64,000 bases of DNA, from assembly GCA_965219445.1 (NCBI GenBank), contig CBDCNQ010000003.1, positions 192,001 to 256,000 on the forward strand. The letters are read 5' to 3'. Of this stretch, positions 9,615 through 18,295 are shown one piece after another. Positions within the stretch are counted from its first letter, which is position 1. Every line of letters begins with the position of its first letter. Both the position numbers and the translations under genes were made by a program. This DNA is from Longimicrobiales bacterium (GTDB lineage Bacteria > Gemmatimonadota > Gemmatimonadetes > Longimicrobiales > Gaopeijiaceae). The notes under the pieces are model-generated. The model searched no databases. It saw only the letters and a list, made by a program, of their open reading frames with translations, and was not told the origin of the DNA.

Positions 9615-10330
9615 AATACCATCCCCACCTGAACGAAGTAATATTGAGCCATCAATAGCATAATCACCGCAGCACCCTTTTTGATCCACACCATCCATCG
9701 GCCCGCAGCGGGCAACGCCGCCCCTAAGCCGGAAAAGAGGCCCACAGCAACGAGTAAAGCGGTCATCCCGAAGGAGAAGACGAACAAATAAAGAAACCCC
9801 ATCGCGCCAGCTTGGGTCGCGGCTACCCATGTCAGTACCACAGCAAACGCCGGGGCGCCGCAGGGGGCCGCAACTACGCCCGACGCGGCTCCGAGGACGA
9901 ACACGGACGGGTACGACCCACCCTTCGCGGTCCCGGCCCACTGCATGAGCCGTTGCGGTACGGGCACCGGAATGACGTCGAACATGGCCAATCCGAATAC
10001 CAGGAGCAGATTGCCGATCGCGAATCGGGTCCATGGGCTCGCGCTCACCGTGCCGAACAGGCTCCCCGTGAGGCCCGCCACCAGCCCGAGCGTTGCATAG
10101 AGCAACGCCAGTCCGAGAGCATACGTAAACGTCAGCCCGACCACCCTGGACCGGGGGGCCCCGTGATCCGCAGATCCCGCAAGCACCGAGGCCGTAATCG
10201 GGATCATCGGATAGACGCAGGGTGTCAGGCTCGTCACCAATCCCGCTCCGAACAGCGTTGCGAGAGCGAGTAGCGGGTTTTGGGCCAACACTTCGGAAAG
10301 GCCAGTGCCCTCGAGCATCTGAGTGAGCAT
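9611..10330 (-). CDS. ccdA: Cytochrome c biogenesis CcdA/DsbD transmembrane domain protein
   Basis: SLTPCVYPMIP and AAPCGAP cysteine motifs, about 6 TM helices. Confidence 0.9.
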   Translation of the reverse strand: MLTQMLEGTGLSEVLAQNPLLALATLFGAGLVTSLTPCVYPMIPITASVLAGSADHGAPRSRVVGLTFTYALGLALLYATLGLVAGLTGSLFGTVSASPWTRFAIGNLLLVFGLAMFDVIPVPVPQRLMQWAGTAKGGSYPSVFVLGAASGVVAAPCGAPAFAVVLTWVAATQAGAMGFLYLFVFSFGMTALLVAVGLFSGLGAALPAAGRWMVWIKKGAAVIMLLMAQYYFVQVGMVL

Positions 10331-10577
10331 AGCAGCATCTTAGCCGACGAATGTGGAACTTCAAGGCACGTGGAAACGCCTCCGACCGCCCCCGGTTCTC
10401 ACCAAGGTTACGTCGGGGAAGCGGTCCCTTTCTTACGCGGAATACGCGGTGGAAGGGCCCGGTGCCCCAGGGGTCTCTTGGTTTTGATTGAACCGACGTG
10501 GCGAGGTGCATTATTCTAGACATCAGGCTCACGCCTCGTTGTACCCTCTTGAAAATAAGATCCTAAGGACTCCTCCA

Positions 10578-11825
10578 GTGCGGCGTTACCTTCCCTCGAA
10601 GCACATTCTCCTAGGCCTTGCTCTGTCTTCACTCCTGCCGAGTTGTGGTGACGGAGGTACGGACCCGTCCAAACAAATCGACGTAACCATCATATCCGGG
10701 GATGGGCAATCCGCCGCTGTCGGAGGCACCCTACCACAGGACCTCGTGGTGCGGTCCTCCGACGTCGATGGAAACGCGGTGGGGAACGTGGACTTACTCT
10801 TCAGCGTGGTGCAGGGGGGAGGCTCCTTGGGTACGACAGCCGTGACGACGAACGCCCAGGGAACGGCATCATCCACATGGACCCTGGGGTTGCAGGAGGG
10901 GACGCAGCAAGTCGAGGTCTCCGCCGTGGTGAACTCCGGGGCCAACGCTACCTTTTCGGCGGTGGCGACAGATTTTAGGATCGAACTCGTGTTCATCAAC
11001 CACGGCACGCCAAGCCAAGACTCCGCGTTCATTGTTGCCGCAGACCGATGGATGAGTATCCTGGAGGGTGAACTCAGCGACATCGATTTCTCGGCCAATC
11101 CCGTGACCGCCGGTGGGTGCACTCCGGGTCAACCAGCGATTTCCGACACGGTCGATGACATCCGAATCTTCGTCGACATCAAGCTAATAGATGGGGTTGG
11201 GGGAACGCTCGGCCAGGCCGGACCTTGCCGGATTCGAAGCATCACTGGGTTACCGGCGATCGGATTCATGGTTTTCGATTTTGTCGACGTGGCTGGGTTG
11301 GAGGCGACTGGTGATCTCGTGGATGTGACCCTCCACGAGATGGCGCACGTCTTGGGATTCGGAACCCTATGGAGCAGCTTCGATACGCTTCTCGTCAACC
11401 CCTCCCTACCCTCCAACCTCGGCGCTGACACACACTTCTTAGGGGCTGCCGCGATAGCCGCCTTCGACGCTGCAGGAGGCACGGCGTACACAGGAGGCGC
11501 GAAGGTCCCGGTCGAGAATCAGCTCCCTGTAGGCTCCTCCGACTCCCATTGGCGAGAGTTGGTTCTAGGGCTCGAGCTGATGACCCCGGTGCTCGCCCCA
11601 GGCGTCACCAATCCCCTGAGCGCGATCACCATCGAGTCCCTGGTCGACCTCGGATACAGTGTGGACAATTCACAAGCGGACCCCTTCACCGAAACGTTTT
11701 CGGCCCCGGCCCGCCTGACCGCCCCCGGCAGAGGAGTCATCCATCTCGAGAACGATATATACCGGGGCCCCCTCCAGGTGGTGGATCGATCCGGTAACGT
11801 GATCAAAACGATTCTCCGGCGATGA
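10578..11825 (+). CDS. Ig-like domain + leishmanolysin-related zinc metallopeptidase lipoprotein
   Basis: LPSC lipobox; ISGDGQ...TTNAQG.AS..WTLG Ig domain; LGQAGPC, HEMAHVLGFG, SHWRE, ELMT. Confidence 0.85.
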   Translation: MRRYLPSKHILLGLALSSLLPSCGDGGTDPSKQIDVTIISGDGQSAAVGGTLPQDLVVRSSDVDGNAVGNVDLLFSVVQGGGSLGTTAVTTNAQGTASSTWTLGLQEGTQQVEVSAVVNSGANATFSAVATDFRIELVFINHGTPSQDSAFIVAADRWMSILEGELSDIDFSANPVTAGGCTPGQPAISDTVDDIRIFVDIKLIDGVGGTLGQAGPCRIRSITGLPAIGFMVFDFVDVAGLEATGDLVDVTLHEMAHVLGFGTLWSSFDTLLVNPSLPSNLGADTHFLGAAAIAAFDAAGGTAYTGGAKVPVENQLPVGSSDSHWRELVLGLELMTPVLAPGVTNPLSAITIESLVDLGYSVDNSQADPFTETFSAPARLTAPGRGVIHLENDIYRGPLQVVDRSGNVIKTILRR

Positions 11826-11832
11826 AGATGCC

Positions 11833-12681
11833 ATGGGTTTGAGACCGAAGGCGGCCGCGTTGAGACCGAGTGGGCCTGTGGCGAGACCCGGAACGGCTAC
11901 CTGGCCCCCGCAGCGGGCAGCGAGATGGGTTATGGCCCTCCTCATGTTCGCCGGATGCTCACCCGCCGATGGCGACAGGCCGCCGCCAGCAGCAGAAGCC
12001 GCAGCGGAAGGGTCGACGGACAGGGCTGACGCGAACCAAGGGCCTCCTGTAGGGGACGCGCCGTCAGGCGTCGGAACGGCAGGCGCGGGAGGGGGCCAGG
12101 CTCAAGGTAGAGCGGCTACCGCCACCGTGACGGTGGGCGGGGAGGGGGCTCAAGCACCTGCATGTGTCCCGCCCGGAGGGCCCGTGGCGGGCGATGCTTC
12201 GCTGGAGGGCCGGGCGGGTGAGTACCGCCTGACGATGGTCGAGGAAGTCGACGGCAGCCCTTCCCGGACGGTGGAAGGTCCCCTCACACTCCTCCCCCAA
12301 GTGGAGTCCCTCCGTCAATTCACCAGGAGCGCGGGGGGCTCCATTCCGGGCGTGAGCTCTCCCCTGTACGGAAGCACGGATGTGAACGTGGAGGACGTAG
12401 GAGCCGTGCGGGTAGGCAGCCTTTCCAGCGAAGACCCAGAGTCTCCGGGGGTCTTGGTCATCGAGAGCGAAACTGGCGCGAGTCCGAGCATCCTACTCCG
12501 GTTGGGATCGGACGCCAACCGCCGGGACCTCATCCGCTTCGATGGGGGTTACGCCGTCCTGACCGTCGTCGAAATCACCGCAGAGTCGTTCAGTGGAACC
12601 TGGTCGAGCGGAGTGCGGGGTCCTGCCTCGGAAGGGCTTCTTCTGCGCGACGCCGAGCCGTTGATGTTCGGTGGCCCCTAG
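11833..12681 (+). CDS. Hypothetical lipoprotein (possible frameshift near the C-terminus)
   Basis: FAGC lipobox, Ala/Gly/Pro linker, beta-rich domain. Start uncertain. Confidence 0.65.
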   Translation: MGLRPKAAALRPSGPVARPGTATWPPQRAARWVMALLMFAGCSPADGDRPPPAAEAAAEGSTDRADANQGPPVGDAPSGVGTAGAGGGQAQGRAATATVTVGGEGAQAPACVPPGGPVAGDASLEGRAGEYRLTMVEEVDGSPSRTVEGPLTLLPQVESLRQFTRSAGGSIPGVSSPLYGSTDVNVEDVGAVRVGSLSSEDPESPGVLVIESETGASPSILLRLGSDANRRDLIRFDGGYAVLTVVEITAESFSGTWSSGVRGPASEGLLLRDAEPLMFGGP

Positions 12682-12823
12682 AAACCCTTTGCGTAATCCC
12701 ACCGTATAGGATGGAGCATGAACACGACAACTCGCCCGGGAGTAGTTGACCTCTATGATGACGATTATCCGAAGGATTGTTCGCGTGGTCCTGAGCTGGA
12801 TTCTCAAGAAGATCTAGTCCCAC

Positions 12824-13246
12824 TCAATCCCCGACGAGATTGACGACCACGCGGCGCTTTCGGGGCTGGGTGTCGAGATCGACGAGGACCACTTGCTGCC
12901 AGGTTCCGAGCGGGAGGGCCCCGTCCACGATGGGGAGAGCGAGCGAGGGGCCGATCAGGCTCGCGCGAACATGGCTGTGCCCATTGTCGTCGTGCCACAT
13001 CTTCTCATGCTCATACGTACCGGACCGGGGAGCGATGCGCTCGAGGGCAGCCGCGATATCGTGACCCACGAGGCCCGGTTCGAACTCCACGGTGGTGAGC
13101 GCCGCCGTCGATCCTACGACCATGGCCGTGAGTTGTCCGACGCCGATGCCACTCTCGTACACGAGGGTCTGCAAGTCGGCCGTTAGATCCAGAATGTGGT
13201 CGTCCCCTTCCGTACGGCGTTCCAGCGTATGCGTGAGGACCGTCAT
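12824..13246 (-). CDS. yjbQ: YjbQ/UPF0047 family protein
   Basis: GSTAALT..E.EPGL, DDNGHSHVRASLIG, LGTWQQV. Confidence 0.9.
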   Translation of the reverse strand: MTVLTHTLERRTEGDDHILDLTADLQTLVYESGIGVGQLTAMVVGSTAALTTVEFEPGLVGHDIAAALERIAPRSGTYEHEKMWHDDNGHSHVRASLIGPSLALPIVDGALPLGTWQQVVLVDLDTQPRKRRVVVNLVGD

Positions 13247-13267
13247 ACCGCCGTCAGTTTGCGGACA

Positions 13268-13474
13268 TCAGTGGACCTCCGCTCGATACCCGGCCGCCTC
13301 GACGGCCGCGATCAGATCCGAGTCGACGACTGGGTCCGACAGCGTCAGCTCTGCCTGGTGGTTCTCTAGCGAGACGTCCGCCCGAGACACGCCCTCAACA
13401 TCCTCTAAGGCAGACTTCACGTGGCTCACGCAGTGATCGCAGGACATTCCGGATATTTCCAACTTCTTGGTCAT
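13268..13474 (-). CDS. copZ: Heavy-metal-associated domain chaperone (CopZ-like)
   Basis: GMSCDHCV metal motif, AVEAAGY; GGAG RBS before ATG 13474. Confidence 0.9.
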   Translation of the reverse strand: MTKKLEISGMSCDHCVSHVKSALEDVEGVSRADVSLENHQAELTLSDPVVDSDLIAAVEAAGYRAEVH

Positions 13475-13593
13475 GGCTCCTCGCTCCCCGTCGTTTTCGC
13501 TTCCGACGATGACGGCTAAAGTAGTACCCACGGAGGTGGATACCCAACCCTCGCGCCCGGGTGGCTCTCAGCCCTGCACAAAAGTCCCTGCTC

Positions 13594-14358
13594 ATGAATT
13601 CTCCCCTTGCTCTTTGCCTGGCAGCTGGTGGCGGCCTCAGCCTCCTCGTGGGCGGATGGTATTTGACGCTAGCCAGCAGAGAGATGGGGGCCTCCCGGCG
13701 TTCAGCCCTTCGCGTCTTCGGAGCTGCGTGCCTCGTCACTGCCGGCCAGGAATACGCTGCGCTCGGTGTCTATAGGGCCGTCGATCTCGACACCTACGTT
13801 GGAGCGGTTCGTCTGCATACGGTCTTCGCGCTCACGGCACCCGTCGCGATCGTATGGTTTGTCGCGCTATACACGGGGATGAAGGCACGTTGGCTCTTGT
13901 GGATCTACACCGGCGCCGCGGCCACCGTGATCTTGGTGAATCTGGCTTCTCCCACCACGATGCATTTCAGCGACGTGCTCGACGTAGTTGGAGTCGCACT
14001 TCCATGGGGAGAGCGGCTCGCCCAGGCGACCGCGATTCCTTCTCGGTGGCCGCCATTTGCGGACTATCTGATCGGGCTGTTTTGCGCCCTGTGCGTCTTC
14101 GCTCTTTGGTCAGCTTCCGGCCGCAGCACACTGGGCTGGAGCAAGCCGCTCGAGGCCGGACTCGCCGTTCTCGTCGCCACGATCGCCATAGAGCTGCTCG
14201 ATCCGCGGCGGGTGTCGGCCCTACCCGTGGACGAGTTTGGATTTCTGGCATTCGTGATTGTGGTGGGATTCGGGCTGCGCCGCAGCCCGGCCTCGGGGAT
14301 GGCCCCTGCCGGCGACGAGACCGGTCATTCTCCTAAGAAGGCCAAAGCCACCAGCTGA
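13594..14358 (+). CDS. Multi-TM membrane protein resembling a stand-alone sensory 7TM domain
   Basis: About 7 hydrophobic helices with an LPWGE loop; no cytoplasmic output domain. Confidence 0.6.
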   Translation: MNSPLALCLAAGGGLSLLVGGWYLTLASREMGASRRSALRVFGAACLVTAGQEYAALGVYRAVDLDTYVGAVRLHTVFALTAPVAIVWFVALYTGMKARWLLWIYTGAAATVILVNLASPTTMHFSDVLDVVGVALPWGERLAQATAIPSRWPPFADYLIGLFCALCVFALWSASGRSTLGWSKPLEAGLAVLVATIAIELLDPRRVSALPVDEFGFLAFVIVVGFGLRRSPASGMAPAGDETGHSPKKAKATS

Positions 14359-15634
14359 CCAGCCCGGCCAGCACGAGGCTGAGAATCAACCCCAAACCCT
14401 GCATGATGCGAAGCTTGGTCCGGGCGGCCCCCGAGACCTCCGACTCCGTTCGATGGATCCCTTTCGAGCTGATATCGAACATCCACGAAAGAACGAGAAT
14501 CACCGGAAAGCTCGCCAGCGTGAGGGCCACCAGGATTGGCATCTGGGTTTCGACGTCCCCGGGGATCGGCAGATATTCGATTATGTCGGCTGCATATGCC
14601 AGAAGAGGGATGGCGACCACCGCGTACAGAATCGCCACGTTGAACACACGCCGGCGCCGTAGCTCCCGAATGAAGCCCTCGAACGCAGAAACGTGTTGTA
14701 CCGGGTCCGAAAGCGTTTGGCCGATGTGGGAGTCCGAGTGAATCGGCGCTCCGGTGGCGTGGGCCTCCCCCGTGAATTGCTCCAGCGCCTTGCCGACCTC
14801 GGACGCCCGAGGCCGATGCCTGGGATTCTTGGAAAGGCACCGCTCCATCAGTTCCGCAAGATGGGGATCTACGTCGGGCCGGAGCCGGGCCAGTGGAATC
14901 GGCTCTTTCTTCAGGTGTGCCGTAACCAACTGGACGCTCGTCGTGCCTTCGTACGGAGTCTTCAGCGTAAGAAGCTCGTAGCCCATGATGCCCAGGCTGT
15001 ACACATCCGATTCATCCGTTACGGCCTCACCCAGCAACTGTTCTGGACTCATGTACCGTGGGTCGCCAAGCAACTCTCCTTGTTGCGTGAGACGGGTGAT
15101 CGTCTCGGTGCCCGTCTCCAGGATCGCGGCGATTCCGAAGTCCGTGAGGACCACCCGGTCTGAATCCTTCTCCCGCACGACGTTTTCCGGCTTTACATCC
15201 CGGTGGACGATTCCGCTCTCGTGGGCGGCCGCGAGCGCAGAGGCCACCTGGCTCAGAGTATGACAGGCCTGCTCGACGGTCATGACCCCCTCTGCTTGGA
15301 GCGCGTCCGCGAGGTTCCGCCCCTCGATGTACTCCATGATGATGAATGGTGTCCCGTCCTCGAGGGTGCCGACCCGATGCACGGCGGCGACGTTGTGATG
15401 GTGGATCTTCGCAGCGGATCGAGCCTCTCGTTCGAATCGCTTGCGAGCGGTTTCATCCTCGGCCAACTCCGCCTTCATGAACTTGATGGCGACAAGACGC
15501 TGGAGCGCCCGCTCCCGAGCCAGGTATACCTGTGCCACGGAGCTCTCGCCCAGCAAGCGGACGATCTGGAACTCTGGGTCTAACTCTGTCTGGAGCTGGA
15601 TCTGAAGATCCGGTGCAGCCATGGGGTCACCCAT
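14333..15634 (-). CDS. Hanks-type Ser/Thr protein kinase with C-terminal membrane region
   Basis: VAIK, RFEREA, HRDVKPEN, DFG, YMSPE, SDVYSLG; three C-terminal TM helices. Confidence 0.95.
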   Translation of the reverse strand: MGDPMAAPDLQIQLQTELDPEFQIVRLLGESSVAQVYLARERALQRLVAIKFMKAELAEDETARKRFEREARSAAKIHHHNVAAVHRVGTLEDGTPFIIMEYIEGRNLADALQAEGVMTVEQACHTLSQVASALAAAHESGIVHRDVKPENVVREKDSDRVVLTDFGIAAILETGTETITRLTQQGELLGDPRYMSPEQLLGEAVTDESDVYSLGIMGYELLTLKTPYEGTTSVQLVTAHLKKEPIPLARLRPDVDPHLAELMERCLSKNPRHRPRASEVGKALEQFTGEAHATGAPIHSDSHIGQTLSDPVQHVSAFEGFIRELRRRRVFNVAILYAVVAIPLLAYAADIIEYLPIPGDVETQMPILVALTLASFPVILVLSWMFDISSKGIHRTESEVSGAARTKLRIMQGLGLILSLVLAGLVSWWLWPS

Positions 15635-15842
15635 CGAAGCTGGAGGCGACGCTGTTGTCGAGCCGAATCTGTGGCCCTAGACGGGGTCATGGCAAATCAC
15701 GAAAGATCCCACCCCAAGAATTTGGCCGAAATGCTGTTATCCCAACCGCTTCTTTCCAGCTTTTCCATGCCGCACCGGGGCGGGCCCGAGCAGCGATACG
15801 CTCCGATCCGATGACCGCGAACCCGTACGGGTGGATGGGGCC

Positions 15843-16775
15843 CTAGCGGGGGGCCATCCAATTCGTCCCGACGATGGTGATGGCCGCCCCCACCAGCCCG
15901 TAAAAGACACCCAGTAGCACGTCGATCAAGTAATGGTGGTTCAGGTAGACCGCAGCGAAGGCCACCAGGCCAGAGAACACGATCGTGAACACGCGGAACC
16001 TCTTGAGCTTCATCGCAAAGATGACGGACATGACGGGGTAGGAAATGTGGAGCGAGGGGATGGCACCGAACGGGTTGGACCCTGCACCGTACATCTCAGT
16101 GAAGAAGCTGGTCCCGAACAACGCGTCGAAGCGGAGCGTCCGAGCGGGATTCATGGGTACGTCGAGAAGGATGGTGTTGAGCCCGTAGGTGTCCACGTAC
16201 CAGGGAGGAGCAGCCGGGTAGAGAAACCACGTCGCAAACCCCAGAACGTTGACGACGAGAAAAGACCACGCGGGGGCGTACGCCGACCACGATCTTCGGG
16301 AAGGCGTCGACGCAGAGTCGAGGTGGAAGTGAATCCGACGCGTGAAATATGCCGCCAACAGGATGAAGACGCCGATGAACGTCAGATAGGCCCCCCCCGC
16401 GATGAAATCCAGGACAGGGTGGAGATGGAGACCGAACCACTCGTTTATCGTAAGGGTGCCATTCGGTGAAGGGATGCCGAACAACCGCTTTTCGAGCATA
16501 TAGGGCTCGGCGACGTGCGGAACGCCGCGCACGGCCCCGCCCCAATACCGTTGGCTGTCGTAGAGAACCCCCGTAAGGACAAACGGCAGAACGAAGTCCA
16601 GAGGCCGTACTCCCAGAGGCCGGAACGGATGACGGATCTGACTGAGAAGCAGCACCCCGCCACCATACAGCAGCTGGTTGGTCGTAATCTCACCGGCCAA
16701 TGTGGCGAGAAGGCCCCAATAGACTCCCACTGCCAGCACGGGGATGACCCAGGAGGTTCGTCTTCCGAGCTCCAA
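15843..16775 (-). CDS. PAP2 family, Aur1/inositol-phosphorylceramide-synthase-like membrane enzyme
   Basis: YPAAPPWY, FGAIPSLH, VYLNHHYLIDV motifs; multiple TMs. Confidence 0.8.
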   Translation of the reverse strand: MELGRRTSWVIPVLAVGVYWGLLATLAGEITTNQLLYGGGVLLLSQIRHPFRPLGVRPLDFVLPFVLTGVLYDSQRYWGGAVRGVPHVAEPYMLEKRLFGIPSPNGTLTINEWFGLHLHPVLDFIAGGAYLTFIGVFILLAAYFTRRIHFHLDSASTPSRRSWSAYAPAWSFLVVNVLGFATWFLYPAAPPWYVDTYGLNTILLDVPMNPARTLRFDALFGTSFFTEMYGAGSNPFGAIPSLHISYPVMSVIFAMKLKRFRVFTIVFSGLVAFAAVYLNHHYLIDVLLGVFYGLVGAAITIVGTNWMAPR

Positions 16776-16965
16776 GTGATGCGAGTCCTATGGGCGAGAG
16801 TTTTAGAGGCCTGTTGAAGGGGGGAGCGGGCCTGAAACTGCCCTCTGAGGTGTCTGGCAACAAGAGACCGATGCCAACCAACCTTGCGGTTGACGGCACC
16901 TTCGCCATTGAGCACCGTTGCTCAACCTCTCGCACACGCACCCGTACAGTCGGGCGGCCTGATCC

Positions 16966-17502
16966 GTGGAAACACAGGTCACCACATATTATCTCGAGCT
17001 TCGCAGCGTAGACGAGCTCATGCCGTCTGGATCAGACGTGCCGGATCTCGAAATCCGGGAAGCCAGAATCGCTAGTCCGGAGCTGGGGCGATTCCTATAC
17101 ACTGTGGTGGGACGCGCTTGGGGCTGGACGGACCGACTGAGCTGGTCATACTCGAAGTGGCTGGCTCACCTCGAACGGCCGGAGGTCGAGGTGTGGATCG
17201 CCCATCTGGACGGAGTGATCGCGGGCTACGTCGAGCTCGAGCGGCAGCCTGAAGCATCCGTTGAGATCGTCTACTTCGGCTTGCTCCATCAATTCATGGG
17301 AAGGGGGATCGGCGGGTTTCTCTTATCTGATACGGTCGAGCGGGCGTTTCGCGCCGGGGCACAACGGGTTTGGCTACACACGTGCTCGCTCGACAGCCCC
17401 CGGGCGATCGAAAACTATCGGGCTCGAGGCTTCAAGCTCTTCAAGGAGGAAACCAGCTTCAAGAACGTCCCGCCCACACCGCCGGCCGGGGCTGGCTGGT
17501 AA
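16966..17502 (+). CDS. GNAT family N-acetyltransferase
   Basis: YFGL..FMGRGIGG, VWLHTCSLD.PRA..NY.ARGF. Confidence 0.9.
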   Translation: METQVTTYYLELRSVDELMPSGSDVPDLEIREARIASPELGRFLYTVVGRAWGWTDRLSWSYSKWLAHLERPEVEVWIAHLDGVIAGYVELERQPEASVEIVYFGLLHQFMGRGIGGFLLSDTVERAFRAGAQRVWLHTCSLDSPRAIENYRARGFKLFKEETSFKNVPPTPPAGAGW

Positions 17503-17650
17503 GACCGGGGCGGCGCTCTTCAACCCTTTTCAGGAATCACTATCAAGAGGGCTCGCCTTCTCGCACGTCGTCGCTTATTATGTGTCGCTGGGCGGATAGG
17601 GCCGCCCGTCACGTCTTCCCCGGATCGATATTCCAAGGAGGTAGGGCTCC

Positions 17651-18286
17651 ATGAGCGACGTCGAGATCATCGGCACTCCGGAGCGTACGGTTTCCCGAAG
17701 AAAGTTCATCATGGGGGTCATCGCAGCGGGTGCCACGACCTCTTCGGTGGGCTATCTCTTCAAAGGACCACAGCCCCTACTCGGGGCTCTTGCGGTCCAG
17801 GGATCGGTCGAGCGACTCATCACGCTGAACGTCAACGGCCAACAGCGGCGCGTGGACGTGCTGAACCAAGAGACGCTCGCCTTCACGCTACGCTATAAGC
17901 TGGGGCTTACCGGCACGAAGCTCGGCTGCGACCGTGCCGAGTGTGGTGCGTGCACCGTACTCATCGACGGGGTGAACAGCTATTCCTGCTCGGTACTCAC
18001 GCACAGCGTTCGTACAAAGCAGATCACGACCATCGAGGGCCTCGAGGAGCCGGACGGCACGCTGCATCCGGTACAGCAGGCGGTCCTCGACGAGGGCGGC
18101 TTCCAGTGCGCCTTCTGTGCCCCGGGATTCATCATGAGCATGGTGGCGATGGTCGAAAGCAACCCGAACCCGACTCGTGAAGAAGCCGCTCATGCGCTTT
18201 CCGGCAACCTGTGCCGGTGCGCCGACTACGACAAGATCCTGACTTCCGCCATGCGTGCCGCCGAGTACTCGCGGCAGCAAGCATAA
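17651..18286 (+). CDS. (2Fe-2S) small subunit of xanthine-dehydrogenase-family enzyme, Tat signal (PaoA-like)
   Basis: SRRKFI Tat motif; GCDRAECGACT..C; QCAFC..GNLCRC. Confidence 0.93.
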   Translation: MSDVEIIGTPERTVSRRKFIMGVIAAGATTSSVGYLFKGPQPLLGALAVQGSVERLITLNVNGQQRRVDVLNQETLAFTLRYKLGLTGTKLGCDRAECGACTVLIDGVNSYSCSVLTHSVRTKQITTIEGLEEPDGTLHPVQQAVLDEGGFQCAFCAPGFIMSMVAMVESNPNPTREEAAHALSGNLCRCADYDKILTSAMRAAEYSRQQA

Positions 18287-18295
18287 GGGGCGATC

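Noticed and set aside
9615..10532. 492-aa ORF extending the thioredoxin upstream
   Set aside because: The extension overlaps ccdA in another frame; the real start is the coupled GTG at 9614.
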